A stretch of DNA of 64,000 nt from Octopus vulgaris (taxonomy: Eukaryota), in the NCBI GenBank assembly GCA_951406725.2, contig OX597815.1:1922001-1986000 (forward strand), in the 5' to 3' direction. The notes below the pieces were generated by a model, which was given only the letters and a program-made list of their open reading frames with translations, did not search any database and was not told the origin of the DNA. Position numbers and translations under genes: made by a program. This document shows positions 27,603 through 41,971 of this stretch, one piece after another; the stretch's first letter is position 1, and each line of letters begins with the position of its first letter.

Positions 27603-28152
27603 TCTTACTCTTGTACTCGTTTCAGTCATTTGACTGTGGCCATGCGGCAGCACCGCCTTTAGTCGATCGAGCAAATCGGCCCCAGGACTTATTCTTTGTA
27701 AGCCTAGTACTTATTCTATCGGTCTCTTTTGCCGAACCGCTAATTTAGACACACACACATTATATATATAGTGAGAGTTTACGAAAAAAAAAACAAAAGA
27801 CGAAGACAGGTGGTGTACAAAACAAACAGATGTATTAGTATAACGCTCAGGAATAGAAAAAGTCTTTTACGTTTCGAGCCTACGCTCCTCTACAGAAAGG
27901 GACACAGAAAAAGCAGAAAAAAACAAGGAGAGAAAAAAATGTGTGTAGTGGTTAACGATCTATCATTATATATACATATACATATATACGACGAGCTTCT
28001 TTCAGTTTCCGTCTACCAAATCCACTCACAAGGCTTTGGTCCGCCCAAGGCTATAGTAGAAGACACTTGCCCAAGATGCCACGCAGTAGGACTGAACCCG
28101 GAACCATGTGGTCGGTAAGCAAACTACTTACCACACACCCACTCCTACGCCT
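27603..28152 (-). mobile_element. SINE family A interrupted by a Penelope-like element
   Basis: 3' half 27603-27745, 5' half 27970-28152. Confidence 0.8.
27771..27967 (-). mobile_element. Penelope-like pLTR fragment with hammerhead variant (27864-27899)
   Basis: Minus strand CUUU-CUGUAGA-G-GAGC(GUAG)GCUC-GAA-ACGU-A-AAAG; second copy inverted at 30985-31157. Confidence 0.7.
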
Positions 28153-28693
28153 TGTTTATTAAAGTAATTATTATTCCGTCGAGGTTGACCTGGCCTTTCA
28201 TCCTTTCGGGGTCGATAAAATAAGTACCAGTTGAGTACTGGGGTCGATATAATCAACTAATCCACCTCCCCCAAAATTTCAGGCCTTGTGCCGATAGCAG
28301 AAAGGATCATCATCATCATCGTTGTAATTATTAATCTAAGGTGACAAACTGGCAGAATCGTTAGCACAGCGGACCAAATACGTTGCGGCATTTTGTCCGG
28401 TTTTACTTTCTGAGTTCAAATTCCGCCGAGATCAACTTTGCTTTCATTCTTTCGGAGTTGATAAAATAATTACCAGTAAAACACTGGGGTCGATGTAATG
28501 GACTTAACGCCGCCCACTAAATTGCAGGCCTTGTGCCAAAATTAGAAACCATTATCATAATCAACATCATTATTATTGACGAGTCGACATATGTAAACGT
28601 TTTTAACTATGGAACAAAATCGGGAACATATTCTACAAACGTGATTTTACTATTCGCAAAATAAATGGCTCAAACATTCTAAGTCGTTACACA

Positions 28694-28728
<35 letters not shown>

Positions 28729-28846
28729 TAGAATACACAATTGGGCGGCGGTGCAGCGTGTGCGAATTACTGTACTTCGTTCACTGGAATTATGGGTTCA
28801 AGTCTAGCTATGAGCATTCTTCAGCCATCTCGATATAATAATAATA

Positions 28847-28877
<31 letters not shown>

Positions 28878-28879
28878 AT

Positions 28880-29433
28880 GCCCTGATGCAGTACCAGGCA
28901 GTGGCTCTCATGGCTTCTGATCTTCACTGATTGGAAGTGTTATCATGTACATTGTTTTGTCTTGGTATAAAAGATGGGCTACAGCAAATATTCTGCTCAA
29001 TACCACAGATTTGCTTGTCAGTTATTTGACCGTAACCAGTTGAACATGTCCCTTAGTGGCTGACGATATGTGCATCTCTGATCACGAGCAGAAGTAGTGG
29101 GGGAGCATCATAGCCATGTGTTAAGAGGAGTTCTTTGGGGTTTGAATAATTTACCTCTGGAAACATGGGTGTTTCGTTCAACATCCTTAAACAATCCTTA
29201 TTCAGGGACCTTTTGCGCGGGATGGGTTACTCAACCTGAAGAAAATTCTAACTGGGCCCCACCTGCAAGGTCATGTGCTGTTTATCTTGATATGAGATCA
29301 CCATGTCGCGCACATATGGTTGTGATGCATGTGCCTGGTGTACCTTTATCAGACGGGTAGTCATGATGGGTATACTGGGCTTCGTATATTTTACCCCAGT
29401 GTCACTTTGATGGCATGAACTGCTCTCTCACTC
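28880..29433 (+). mobile_element. Full-length 555-bp element inserted in (AAT)n
   Basis: Both flanks (aat)n; same ends as 4463-5019. Confidence 0.85.
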
Positions 29434-30155
29434 AATAATAATAATAATAATAATAACCTATATAGATTTTGGCTGGTTGATTAATCTCTCCAGTCACGCA
29501 TTACGTCATGTAGAGAGAAGGAAAGATAATAGATAGACAGATGAACAGATAGATGAGAGAAAGAAAGAGAGAGAGAGGGGAGAGAAAGAGAGTTAACATA
29601 AGAGGTACAGGGTAAGTGTACATACTAGGCTTGGTGACAGGCAGTGAGTAAATGAACGCAACGCACCATACACAGTGAGAGAAAGAATCATGACGACAGA
29701 GGAGGAGGTGGGACAGTGTTTGTGGGAGGAGCCATACAAATGAGAAATTCATTTCATTAAATATTTTTTTATTTTAAGGTAATTATTTTTCTTTCGGTTA
29801 CCCGTTTTAGAAACATACTTTTGCCATCTCTGGTATTTAAAAAAATAACAGCGGATTAAAATTTGTCAAAGCCTTACCAATGTCGTTCTACAAAGATTGT
29901 TTTCGGTTTCGTCAAGATTATTTAATTCTTGACATGAAGATAAAAATAACAGATAACAACTCTTAAAGTGTGTAAAAAAAAAAAGAGAAGACAGTTTCCA
30001 AACGTATTCTCTCCTTCACTGCCACCATTATGGACTTTACACTGCCTCGACAAAAACAAAGATACGATTTCAATATTCTCTATAAACGATCAACACAATT
30101 TTGAAAATAACATTAAAATTTCCACAGACAATATTTACAATATTATCGCTTGTAG

Positions 30156-30515
30156 AGGCGGCGAGCTGGCAGAGTGGTTAGCACGCCGGGCGAAATGCTC
30201 AGCGGTATTTCGTCTGCCGCTACGTTCTGAGTTCAAATTCCACCGAGGTCGACTTTGCCTTTCATCCTTTCGGGGGTCGATTAAATAAGTACCAGTTACG
30301 CACTGGGGTCGATGTAATCGACTTAATCCGTCTGTCTGTCCTTATTTGTCCTCTCTGTGTGTTTAGCCCCTTGTGGGTAGTAAAGAAATAGGTATTTCGT
30401 CTGCCTTTACGTTCTGAGTTCAAATTCCGCCGTACCAGTTGCATACTGCGGTCAATCTAATCGACTGCCCCACTCTCCGAAACTTTCGGGCCTTGTGCCT
30501 AGAGTAGAAAAGAAT
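30156..30515 (+). mobile_element. SINE family B, CpG-intact copy
   Basis: ggcggcgagctggcagagtggttagcacgccgggcg..gagttcaaattcc. Confidence 0.85.
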
Positions 30516-30785
30516 ATTGGCGCTTGTACACTGTATATGAGATATGCCCTACATGAGAGCAAATCATTCTGGAAATTGCTGAGAGAGAGACTTGATGCAC
30601 AGCTTTTCACTCCATCATTTCTGATTCCTTTTACTCGGACAACTCCATTGTAACAACTCTACAATTACGTTTGGATTAGAAATTCCACGCTTCAAAGTGA
30701 TACGTTTTGCCTGTTCAATCCGTCTGTCTGTCTGTCTGTCTCTCTAACTATCTGTTCATCAGTCTGTCTCTATCTATCTACCTAC

Positions 30786-30827
<42 letters not shown>

Positions 30828-30984
30828 AGATAATTCCGGGCCTTTTTAGCCTGTAGTAGAAAATTTGGCTATCAGTATTATCATTTTCGCACTATTACAA
30901 CCAAATCTGCAAAAACAAGAAATCGCCGGACAAAATGGATAGCAGAATTTAGTTTCCAGTTCGAAATGTATTTCCCTTCGTTAG

Positions 30985-31264
<280 letters not shown>

Positions 31265-31929
31265 TACCAGTGATATACTGATGACTCTAGTCGGTGAACA
31301 ATGCGCCTCTATAGCAATTCACTTTACAACTAAACAATAACCTTCCACACATTTGTTGGCCGGAAAGTGGGCGGTGAAAGAGAACCACGAACCATCCTCT
31401 CTGTGCATGCCGTCTCCCTTAACCGTTTCTTCGTCAGGGAAAGCTGGTTTTTTTTTTGTGAAGACAAAAGGATCGGAAGGAAGTGTGTCATCTTTGCGGA
31501 CAGGCTGACTTCCACTTGGTAGAAAATGCAAGCAACATTCTTCATCAAGCTGGTGACCAATCAAATGAGCCACCTATCATCATCATCACCACTACCACCA
31601 TCGCTATAAGTACTATAATCACTATCACATTCACTTTTATCGGGTCGACCAAAGCCTTATAAGGGAATTTGGTAGACGGAAACTGAAAGAAGCCCGTCGT
31701 ATATCTGTATCTGTGTGTGTGTGTGTGCGTGTGTGTATCTTTGTGTCTGTTTTTGCCTCCCAACACCGCATGATACCGATGTTGGTGTCCTTAAGTCCTC
31801 GTAACCTAGCGGTTCGACAAAACAAAACCGGTAGAATAATTACCAGGCTTGAAGAAAAAGTGGTTTTCTACAAAAATTATTGAAGGTGGAGCCCCCGCAT
31901 GGCTACAATCTAATGACTGAAACAAGATT

Positions 31930-31934
31930 ATGTG

Positions 31935-31977
<43 letters not shown>

Positions 31978-31980
31978 GCA

Positions 31981-32022
<42 letters not shown>

Positions 32023-32234
32023 CATGCATATATATATATATACATGCATATATATATATATATATACATGCATATATATATATATATATATACATGCATA
32101 TATATATATATATATACATGCATATATATATATATATATACATGCATATATATATATATATATATGCATATATATATATATATATACATGCATATATATA
32201 TATATATACATGCATATATATATATATATATACA

Positions 32235-32286
<52 letters not shown>

Positions 32287-32295
32287 TATATATTT
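31930..32295. repeat. (TA)n microsatellite with periodic catgca interruptions (higher-order unit of about 20-26 bp)
   Basis: Repeated tacatgca(ta)n blocks. Confidence 0.9.
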
Positions 32296-32379
32296 ATACA
32301 GACACACACACATTCACACATATGTATATATATATACACACACACACACACACAATTACCCCCGCAAAAAAACATACGT

Positions 32380-33027
32380 GCACGCGCGCGCACACAGAGA
32401 AATCTTTAGACGCCCATAATTACACATACCCCTACACAACGATGTGTACACATACACGAACCTAAACGCCCAGAAACACACACACACACACAAGTATAAA
32501 CATGTAGACACGCAGAGAGACAGACCTTTGAAGGAAAAAGGAACCCCAGCGCACGAGAAATATCTACGTCAAAGGAGGGTAGCTGAGCGGGGTAGGTGGC
32601 ACCTTATATGGGGTGGACGGGTGGCGACTAACACTGACTGGATTATTTTACTACAGGGATGTGTGTACGAGAGAGTGCGCGCGCGAGCGACTGTGGAGAG
32701 AGAGAAAGAGAGGCGAGAGGAGGTAGTAGCAGCGACGAGTGGTGGGGAGAGAGAGAAAGAAGAGGAGGAAAGAGAGATAGAAACGAAGAGAGTGGGGGGA
32801 GAGGGAGACGAAAATAGGTAAAAAAGTACGAGATATCAATTATTATCATTATCATCATTATTATTATTGTTATAATTAGACGATCCTTCGATATTGGTCT
32901 ACAGAGTGTCGGGTATGAGGAGACAATGTCATTCACCCTCTTCAGCAGCCCAGCCTCCTCTTCATCCGTGTCGTGAGGGAAGGCTGTGTGGATGAATTTA
33001 CGTTGTCTACTAATACCGAAGGAATGC

Positions 33028-33068
<41 letters not shown>

Positions 33069-33400
33069 TAGATTGTAGAGTCTGATGAAAAAAACAAGGT
33101 ATTGTGGTTGGGCTGGTGCCTCGTTTCTGGTACCAAACCGACGTCTGTTAATTCTTCTCTCTCTCTCTCTCTCTTTCTCTCTCGGCCCTCCTGTTGTAGA
33201 TGTAAGGGTGGTGGTGGTGGTCGTGGGGAGATAAAAAGAAAATAAATAAAACGGGAAATGCTGTACATTGGCGGAATACGAAAGAACCGTGGGGTGAGCG
33301 GCGTTGATGAGCCGAAAGCGAACGGGCGCGATCAGCACCAAGAACAACAGCAAAGTGCACTAAAATGAGTCGACAATAACCGTTGTTGGAAGGCAAACCA
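32380..33400. promoter_or_regulatory. CpG-rich unique sequence, possible promoter or 5' UTR
   Basis: cgcgcg runs, GA tracts, high CpG density, no SINEs; no TSS evidence. Confidence 0.25.
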
Positions 33401-33516
33401 TGGGAAAGGGGAAAAAAACAACATTGTTGAGAATAAAATATATATAAACAAAAATATACATTATCACACAGGTTGGGAACACATTTAGATATATACACAC
33501 ACATTATTATTATTAT

Positions 33517-33567
<51 letters not shown>

Positions 33568-33702
33568 CCAGACACACATGTAAATACAGCGTAGCACTTG
33601 TAACAGCTAAGCATAACTCTATCTGATACACTTGTTTCCTTTCAGCAGAAGACTTGTGTTGGTTTTCTTATAAAAAGACAGTAGCCATTTTGAGAGAGAG
33701 AG

Positions 33703-33745
<43 letters not shown>

Positions 33746-33897
33746 AAAGAAAGAGAGAGAGAGACAGAGGTGGCGGTGACAGGTTGAAAGAGAACTGTAA
33801 GAGGACGGAAGAATAGTGGGAGGGGCAGCTCTAGATTATTGTGTGTTAACGTGCTTAGCCAAGAAGAAAAATCAGTGAGGATATATCAAAATTAAAT

Positions 33898-34519
33898 AGG
33901 CGGCGAGCTGGCAGAGTGGTTAGCGCCCCGGGCGAAATGCTTAGAGGTATTTCGTCCGTCGTTACGTTCTGAGTTCAAATTCCGCCGAGGTAGACTTTGC
34001 TTTTCATCCTATCGGGGTCGATAAATAAAGTGCCAGTTTCGCACTGGGGTCGATGTAATCGACTTAATCCATTTGTCTGTCCTTGTTTGTCCCCTCTGTG
34101 TTTGGCCCCTTGTGGGTAGTAAAGAAATATATATTAAAATTACATCACACACACACACACTTATTAAGTAGAAGCTTTTAAAATGTTCGTGAGAAGCTGA
34201 AAATAAAGGGAATTTCTTAATGGTTGTTGCCAGTTCGGACTTGCTTGATGGAGCTGGGTTCATCCGAAGTTAAAGGTCCCAGAGGCGTCACCGTGCGTCA
34301 CCGTACGTAGGGCCGACCAGGTCCACCAGGCACAAAGCGGTGGGAGAGAGGTTGATGAAATACCTATTTCTTTACTACCCACAAGGGGCTAAACACAGAG
34401 AGGACAAACAAGGATAGACAAAAAGGATTAAGTCGATGACATCGACCCCAGTGCGTAACTGGTACTTAATTTATCGAACCCGAAAGGATGAAAGGCAAAG
34501 TCGACCTCGGCGGAATTTG
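33898..34519. mobile_element. Inverted pair of SINE B copies (33898-34128 +, 34360-34519 -)
   Basis: Reverse-complementary bodies about 230 bp apart. Confidence 0.8.
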
Positions 34520-34534
34520 TTCATATATATACTT

Positions 34535-34918
34535 TGATAGGTTTCGGTCAGTATTGGCCCAGGCCATGTCTAACTTAATAGCACCACCTGGCAAAGTCAT
34601 TCCGGAATTGGACAACATGGATTAAATGACAGCCAACAGATCTGACTGAAGGCATGTCCAGTCACCCACTTCTTTGGTGACCTTCTGGATCTTGGAATCA
34701 TCTGCAAATATTCTTATGTTGCTGTGCTTGATGATGTCAGTAATGACATTGATGTAGATGATGAAAAGAAGTGGGCCCAACACAGTGCCTTGTGGAACAC
34801 CATTACTGACTTTGGCTGGGCTTAATTTTACTCCGACTACAATGTGTTGGGTTCCGTCGGTTAGGAAACACTTGATCCATTTCAGAGACACAAATGTTGG
34901 ATAGTCTTTCCAAGAGAA
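34535..34918 (-). pseudogene. CR1/L2-group LINE reverse transcriptase fragment
   Basis: ORF 34622-34891: WIKCFLT..GVPQGTVLGPLLFIIYIN..IRIFADDSKI (QG/LGP and FADD RT motifs). Confidence 0.85.
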
Positions 34919-35756
34919 TCTTAAAAAAGAAAAAGGCTTCTCTCAGTTTCAGTTTCCCGAATCCACTCACAAGGCTTTGGTTGGCCTGAGGCTATGGTAG
35001 AAAACACTTGACCAGGGTGCCACATAGTGGGACTGAACCCAGGACCGGGAACCAATGAGGGAATTCCTAACTGCTAGAAATAAAAGTCAAATCTTTCTTA
35101 AATCACCGTTTCGAATAAAAAAAAAAGAAGCAAAGGATTTATTTGGTATTGTGATCTAAAACAAGCATGGGCAACCTTTCCCGAGAAGTGGGCCGCACGA
35201 GACGTGGCTCATGGTCAGGCAGGCCGTGCTTCTTTTTATTTTGCGCCGAAATTCTCAGAAATGATGAATCAAGCTTAATCAATTCTAGTTTAAAGTCAAT
35301 CTTAAATGATCGATTGTTGATAAGGTTGGTGTGAGCTTCCAATTTTACAGCCGAGTTTTCTAACCGAGACATTACATCAATCAATCGATTAACGATTGTC
35401 TCTTTTAATTGCGGTGGAAACGATCAGGTTACCGAATTTGGTAATTCTTGGAATAATAGAAATAATATCAAAAGTTATTTCGCCCTCCCTCCCTTTCGGG
35501 TAGTTCCTGGAAGAATAGATACAATTATAGCTAACGAAATTTTTATCAAGAGATTTTACATAGTTGCTTGACCTGCTACAAACAGCAGCCAAATCTCCTT
35601 CAAATGAGATCAGATAATGTAGTCCTAGGTACACTAGGTCTTTTTTTTTTTATTGTACCCCTTCCCCCGCCATACAACTTCACCATTCCATATCTTCCCT
35701 ACCGTTTTACCAGTTCACTATTCCGATTCCTCATATATTTCTCTATAATAACAAGA

Positions 35757-36155
35757 AGCCTTTCTATTATTGGCATAAGGCCTGAAATGTTTGTAGGGGA
35801 AGGAGTCGATTACATCGACCCCAGGGCGTAACTGGTACTTATTTAATCGATCCCGAAAGGATGAAAGGCAAAGTAGACCTCGGCGGAATTTGAACTCAGA
35901 ACGTAGCGACGGGCGAAATACCTATTTCGTTACTGCCCACAAGGGGCTACACACAGAGGGGACAAACAAGGACAGACAAACGGATTAAGTCGATTATATC
36001 GAACCCAGGGCGTAACTGGTACTTATTTAATCGATCCCGAAAGGATGAAAGGCAAAGTCAACCTCGGCGGAATTTGAACTCAGAACGTAGCGGCAGACGA
36101 AATACCGCAAAGCATTTCGCCCGGCGCGCTAACGATTCTGCCAGCTCGCCGCCTT
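35757..36155 (-). mobile_element. SINE family B with duplicated body, young
   Basis: Two tandem cccagggcgtaactggtacttatttaatcgatcccgaaaggatg blocks; head ccagctcgccgcc. Confidence 0.85.
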
Positions 36156-36456
36156 AATATCAATTCAATATTAACATCTTAAAAAAAAAAAGTCAACATT
36201 AAACAAAAAAGCCAGCAAAAACAATGAGAATACGAATATCGAAGCCTAAATCAATCCCCCCATCCGGATTAAAAAATGCCGGATTCGATCACCGCCATCC
36301 GCTTCCACAGAGTATATAAATTAAAACTGCAAAAATTACGCCCTTATTTCACTACACAGGACAAAAGGATAGGCAACGAGGGATCTTAAAAAGGGTCGCT
36401 CGACATGCTAAAAACAACAACCCCGTAGATCTGAAATAATATCTTACCATCTTAAG

Positions 36457-36622
36457 TAGGGCCGGCTCAAGGTATTGGTAACTCGGGCAGTCGCTCAGGG
36501 CGTCATGTGCTAGGGGGCGCCAAGGAGGGCGTGACAACGACAAGGAAATTTCCACGACCATCAGCTTGTATAGGCCGAAGTTCACTTCGCCCGGGGCGCC
36601 AGGAATCCTAGAGCCGGCCCTG
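36457..36622. mobile_element. hAT MITE with perfect 8-bp TSD
   Basis: TIRs (t)agggccggctc / gagccggccctg; TSD atcttaag at 36449-36456 and 36623-36630. Confidence 0.9.
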
Positions 36623-36666
36623 ATCTTAAGCCAAGAGGGATACTTATCAGGTGTGTGTCCCTACAT

Positions 36667-36843
36667 CAGTGGTACTCAACAATTTTTTGCCTATATTCCT
36701 ATATATTCCTCATAGGCATTAAATGTTTCAAAAACCCTATCACATTTTTTGCAGAAGTAGAACCAGTTTATTGCAGATAAACTTAACCCCCAAATCTTAT
36801 ATCTACCGCCAAGGGTCATCTGGGTCCTGATTGAGAACAACTG
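36667..36843. mobile_element. hAT (Charlie-like) MITE, old
   Basis: TIRs cagtggtactcaac / ttgagaacaactg; related to 53669-54244. Confidence 0.55.
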
Positions 36844-37814
36844 CTCAGGATGTACGTTGCTTGAATAAAAGCTGGTCTCGTGGACGGGGTGACGGCCTAA
36901 ACGCCTTTGATCAGTAAGTCTGTTCGACCATGGCTCCCCTCTAGCAAAACAATAACAGCACAGCTTTTAAGCAAACGTCAGACAAAATGGAAAACTAATT
37001 AATGACGTTAAGATTTGATTAATAAATATGCATGCGAGATTCTGTTAGATATGTGTTCAGAGAGCGAATGAGACGGCAGCGAGTTGTCCTCGAATCTTAC
37101 TCGAGGATTGGTTTAGTGAAATACAAGACTGCTTGTGTTCATATATATATGTATATATATATAATGTTTGTGTGTTTCATAATAATGACAACAACAACAA
37201 CAACACGACCATTATTATGTGAAGGAGTTAATGTTTATCCTCATTAAAATACGAGCAAGTCCTGAGCAATTAAATTGTTCCTCTTTTTTGACACCGACAT
37301 GCTTAAAGTGCACATTCCCTCAAAGTACATATTCTGTGGCTGACGTAATTAGAAAGCAGCTGAAAGTGACAGAGTGCAGTGTTGTTGTTGTTGTTGTTGT
37401 TGTTATCAATTAATTTATTTATTGGCGGCGAGCTGGACACAACCGTTAGCACGCCGAGTAAAAAACGTTTGCTGGCATTTCGTCCGTCTTTACGTTCTGA
37501 GTTCGAATTCTGCCCATGTCGCCATTGCTTTTTCATCGTTGCTGTCGATGAAATCGACTTCCTCTTCTCTTCCCCTCAAAAACTGCTCTGTGACAAAATT
37601 TGAAATCCATTATTCTAATTATTATTAGGAAGATGGCGAGCTGGCAGAATCGTAAACGTGCCGGACAAAAAGCTTAGCGGCATTTTTGCCGACTTTACAT
37701 TTCTGAGTACAAATGTCGCTGGGGTTAACTTTGCCTTTCGGGTTCGGTTGGAATGGATGTAATCGACTTACTTTCCTTCCCTGAAATTGCTGGCCTTGTG
37801 CCAAAATGTGAAAC

Positions 37815-37855
<41 letters not shown>

Positions 37856-38142
37856 CTTCTTTCTTTAAATTTTCTACCGTTTCTCGCCGAGTGTCTTCCG
37901 TACACCTAGGGCATAGAAGCTCATTGTATGCATTCCCAGATTACACACGCAAATTCACAGGCAAAATATAAATTAAAAAAATTAATAAATAAATAAATTC
38001 ATGAATAGGTGTTGTTTTCACAGCGATAATGCTTTCCCCAGTACATGAACCGTTCCAGTTAACACAATTTATTATCATTATTTATTTATTTATTTATTTA
38101 TCTAGTTTCAGCTCACAAGCTGTGGCCATGCTGAGGCTCCGC

Positions 38143-38173
<31 letters not shown>

Positions 38174-38759
38174 GGTAGTACGCTTTCCTAGACGAGATAT
38201 CAGGTAGGTCGACGATGTCAATGAAACCTTATTTGATAAACAGAATCTTTCTTTAAATCGGGTTTATCCATTGACGAGAGGACAGATCGCCCTGCTAATA
38301 AAGTCCATGACTAAGGTGTAGTAGTTGTTAAATCCCTGGTGAAAACTGGTTGAGTAGACCGATGAACAAAGACAACCAAGCCGTGACCATCCTTTCTTTC
38401 TCTTAGACAATATAAATCTACAACAGCGACACCATCCTATGTTTCCCTATTTTCAAGATAGAAAGATCCATGCTAGTGTGACGTCACACAAAAGGGAGAC
38501 CAAAATGGACCCTTCGCAAGATCAACAAATGTCCCCCATTTACGGCAACAAATGGCTTTTAAACCACATGTTCATTTCTACTTCCTCCCACACTGCATCA
38601 AAATAAACCACGTGGTTTATCATAGTTCCTCCCTCTTAATACATGACGTCACACACCCTGCAAAGTAATCGACTTCAAGAGAACGAAACAATTTCTCCAC
38701 AACATTCATCGGTTGACTCTCTCCTTATGTTACACATTTACAGCCAGGCAGACTGAGCC

Positions 38760-39265
38760 GTACCAGATTTCTGTTGAGATGCTCTGTGTTTCTTTGAATT
38801 AATTTTAAATATAACAAAGAATTTAGTAAAATAACTTATTAATCATTAATCTAGTGCTAAGAACATACATTGCGACTAAGGTTTGGTGGAAGATTTCAAC
38901 TGAGAACTTTTGTAAACAAGACATTTGTTTACATAAAAGGCACCATTTGAGTGTGATCATTACCAAAGTCGCCTTACTGGCACCTGTGCCGGTGGCATGT
39001 GTAAAAAGATTCGAGCGGGGTCGTTGCCAGTACCACCTGACTAGGCCCCGTGCCGGTGGCACGTAAAAGCACCCACTACACTCACGGGGTAGTTGGCGTT
39101 AGGAAGGGCATCCAGCTGTAGAAACTCCGCCAGATCAAGATTGAAGCCTGGTGCAGCCATCTGGTTCGCCAGCCTATGCTAGCATGGAAAGCGGACGTTA
39201 AACGATGAACATTTGTAGTACAAAGCCAGAGCCGGTTTCAACCGGGTTGGTATCAAAAGGCTTAA
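38760..39265 (+). mobile_element. piggyBac-like MITE (same family as 62930-63152) split by an RTE 3' end
   Basis: Shared ttttaaatataacaaagaatttagtaaaataactt; RTE insert 38929-39208 flanked by acatttgt duplication (38921-38928, 39209-39216). Confidence 0.7.
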
Positions 39266-41971
39266 AATCTGTGTCAACGCCTGCCGTCAATACAAATGTG
39301 TGAATCGAGTGTTCCATCTCCTACCACCACAGCCCAGTTTTAATGTTCAAACACACAATACCAGGATAGAAGAATTTAGTTCCGGGAACCACGAGCTTGA
39401 GCATCGGATGATTTACTACAGCATCATCCAATCACAAGCGTACGAGCATAGTTGGTGCCTCGGGTGGCACTTTTCGGTTTGCTGTAGGCAAGGAAGGGCT
39501 GCCCCGGGTGGCACACACACACTAGCTACGCTAGTGAGTTGGTGGACGCGCAAGCTTTACTTTTCTTTTTCAGTCCTTAGGCTGCAGCCGTGTTGGGGCC
39601 TAGAAGAATTTTAGCCGAACGAATCGACTCCCAGTACTTGTCTTAAACTTTGTACATATTCTGTTGGATGCTATGGTCGAACTGCTACGTTACAGGGACG
39701 TAAACACACCAACACCGGTTGTCAAGTGGTAGTTAGTGACAAACACAGAGAGACACACACACACGACAGGCTTCTTTCAGTTTCCGTCTACCAAAGCCAC
39801 TCACAAGGCTTTAGTCGGCCCGAGGGTCTGGTAGAAAACACTTGCCTAAGGTACCACGTAGTGGGACTGAACACGGAACCATGTGGTTGGGAAGCAAGCT
39901 ACTTATATAAACATTAAAAATATTAATTAAATGTAACGTTATGTTAAACTGTATTTTACTTCTTTATTGTTTTTACTGTTTTGTTCTCACTGTCCTGGTC
40001 TTGTTACCACTTTCGACCTCCGCAAAACATCCCAAGTTTTATTTAATTTGCTTTGCGGGAAGGACTGTTTCAACGAAGTCGCGTCTTGTCCTTGCCTTCG
40101 AAAACGCGGAGTCGTTGAAACAGGGACAACTGAAGCATTTTGCCCGGCGTGCTAACGATACTGCCGCCTCGCACTGCTAACAATATTGACTTTTTGAAGG
40201 GACTTGAAAACCTTTAATATACTTCCTAGTATATTAGGGTTACAAGTTAAGAAAAAAGGAAACCGAAAATATATTTTTGGTTTACACAGGTCTCCTTCTC
40301 TCACACACACACACCACACAAACTTTTCGTTTATTCTTATCTCCTCTTCTAAGCAAACACAGAGCTACACACACACACACAGTCAGACATAGAAGCAATT
40401 CTCAGACAGACGCAGAGCTGGTCTTGGAGCGAGAGGAAAAGTCATTAAGTCAGTGAAATGGTCGCAGACAGTGACAAAGGAACTTTGACCAAGAAACAGC
40501 CGATTGAGTGTTTAACCAGTACATTAAACAGACGATCGCTTAGTCAGTTGGTTAGGTATATAACCAATTGACTGACAACGAAGAAGTGGTATTGAACCAG
40601 TGCATGTGTTATTGGCGTAATGGCCCTCCCAACACACACACACAAAACAGGAAAAAAAAAAAAAGAAAGCGAAATTAACTTGAATCTAAAATTGCAGACT
40701 TAGCAGACCGGGGGCTTATCTCTTCCCGGTCTACGACGTAACGCTAGGAGATCCGGAGACATCATAAAAGAAATAATAAAACAAATAAAAATTGATTGAT
40801 TGATCGGTGGAAACCTTAATGAGAAAAGAACCAGCGTCTCAACAGATAGACTGATTGACTGACTTGAATTCATTCATTTATTTATTTTTATTTAACATTC
40901 AAATTTGATGATCAGAAAATCTGATAAAATTACAATTTCTCATTTATCATCGAGAAAAACTATAAACAAACAACTTCGAAAGACTAGCAAGAGAAAATGT
41001 CACCGTTTCATATTGCAGTTCTATTCTCAATTGGAAGATCTTGAGTATTATTCACGCAGCACTCACACACCGGACACACCACCAGCGTCTAATCGTGGCC
41101 GTCATTTATTTAGTATATATTTCCACGCCATCACAGTCTTCCATCAGCTCGAGTTCACACGTGCTGTGTGTCTCTCAGTGGATTCTTAGAGACTTTGTTT
41201 AAAGCACTGCTCATAGGGCCAGGAACAGGGATGGGTGGAGGGAGGAAGTGCAAGTGCGCCCTCTGAAATTGGGAGTGGGGAATGAAAACGCTTTGAACGC
41301 CCTTCATCGTCAAAAATCGAACGAGCATAGAAAGGTTTTTGGACAAACTGGAAACCCAACTTTTCTATTATTGGATTTATCCGATTTGAAAACTGTCAAT
41401 GCCGGGCGTGGTGAAAGGATTTGAGTGCCCTTCACTTATAAAATGCCCCAATGGCCTGCGCAAAACATAGCCTCTGACACTCAAACCCGACTCCTTCGCT
41501 GAACTAGAAGGAGAAGGGTGTAAAAAGGCGACAGTCTGGCGCTTTCAAATAGCCAGTGCTCCGCCTTGGATGACAAGCAGCCTATGAGAAGGACCACTCT
41601 GGTTCCAAAACTAGGGGAGCATTGACGGGCAACATTGATAGAGATGGGGTCTAGATAAAAAATACAGGTTGGTGGTAACCTAAAAACGCACCTCATTTGT
41701 GAGTGAAAATCATCATCATCATCATCGTTTAACGTCCGCTTTCCATGCTAGCATGGGTTGGACGGTTTGACTGGGGGCTGGCGAACCAGATGGCGAAACC
41801 GGGCTCCAGTCTTGATCTGGCAGACTTTCTACAGCCAAGCAAAATAGCTAACAACAACGATAACTGTGTCCTTGTTCCGTTTCCAACAAAACATTTGAAT
41901 AAATTTATATTCATTGTCGTCAGAAAAGACAAAATCTAGGAACCCCACATCGCCGTGGTATGGGGTCCACT

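Noticed and set aside
28880-28990. HDV-like ribozyme at the end of the TAA-targeted element
   Set aside because: Could not assemble the P1/P2/P3/P1.1 nested pseudoknot by eye
32643-33353. 236-aa minus-strand ORF
   Set aside because: Non-ATG start, runs through several microsatellites, no recognisable domain
40540-40575. 15-bp hairpin ttagtcagttggtta / taaccaattgactga as pre-miRNA
   Set aside because: Stem too short for Microprocessor; plausible by chance
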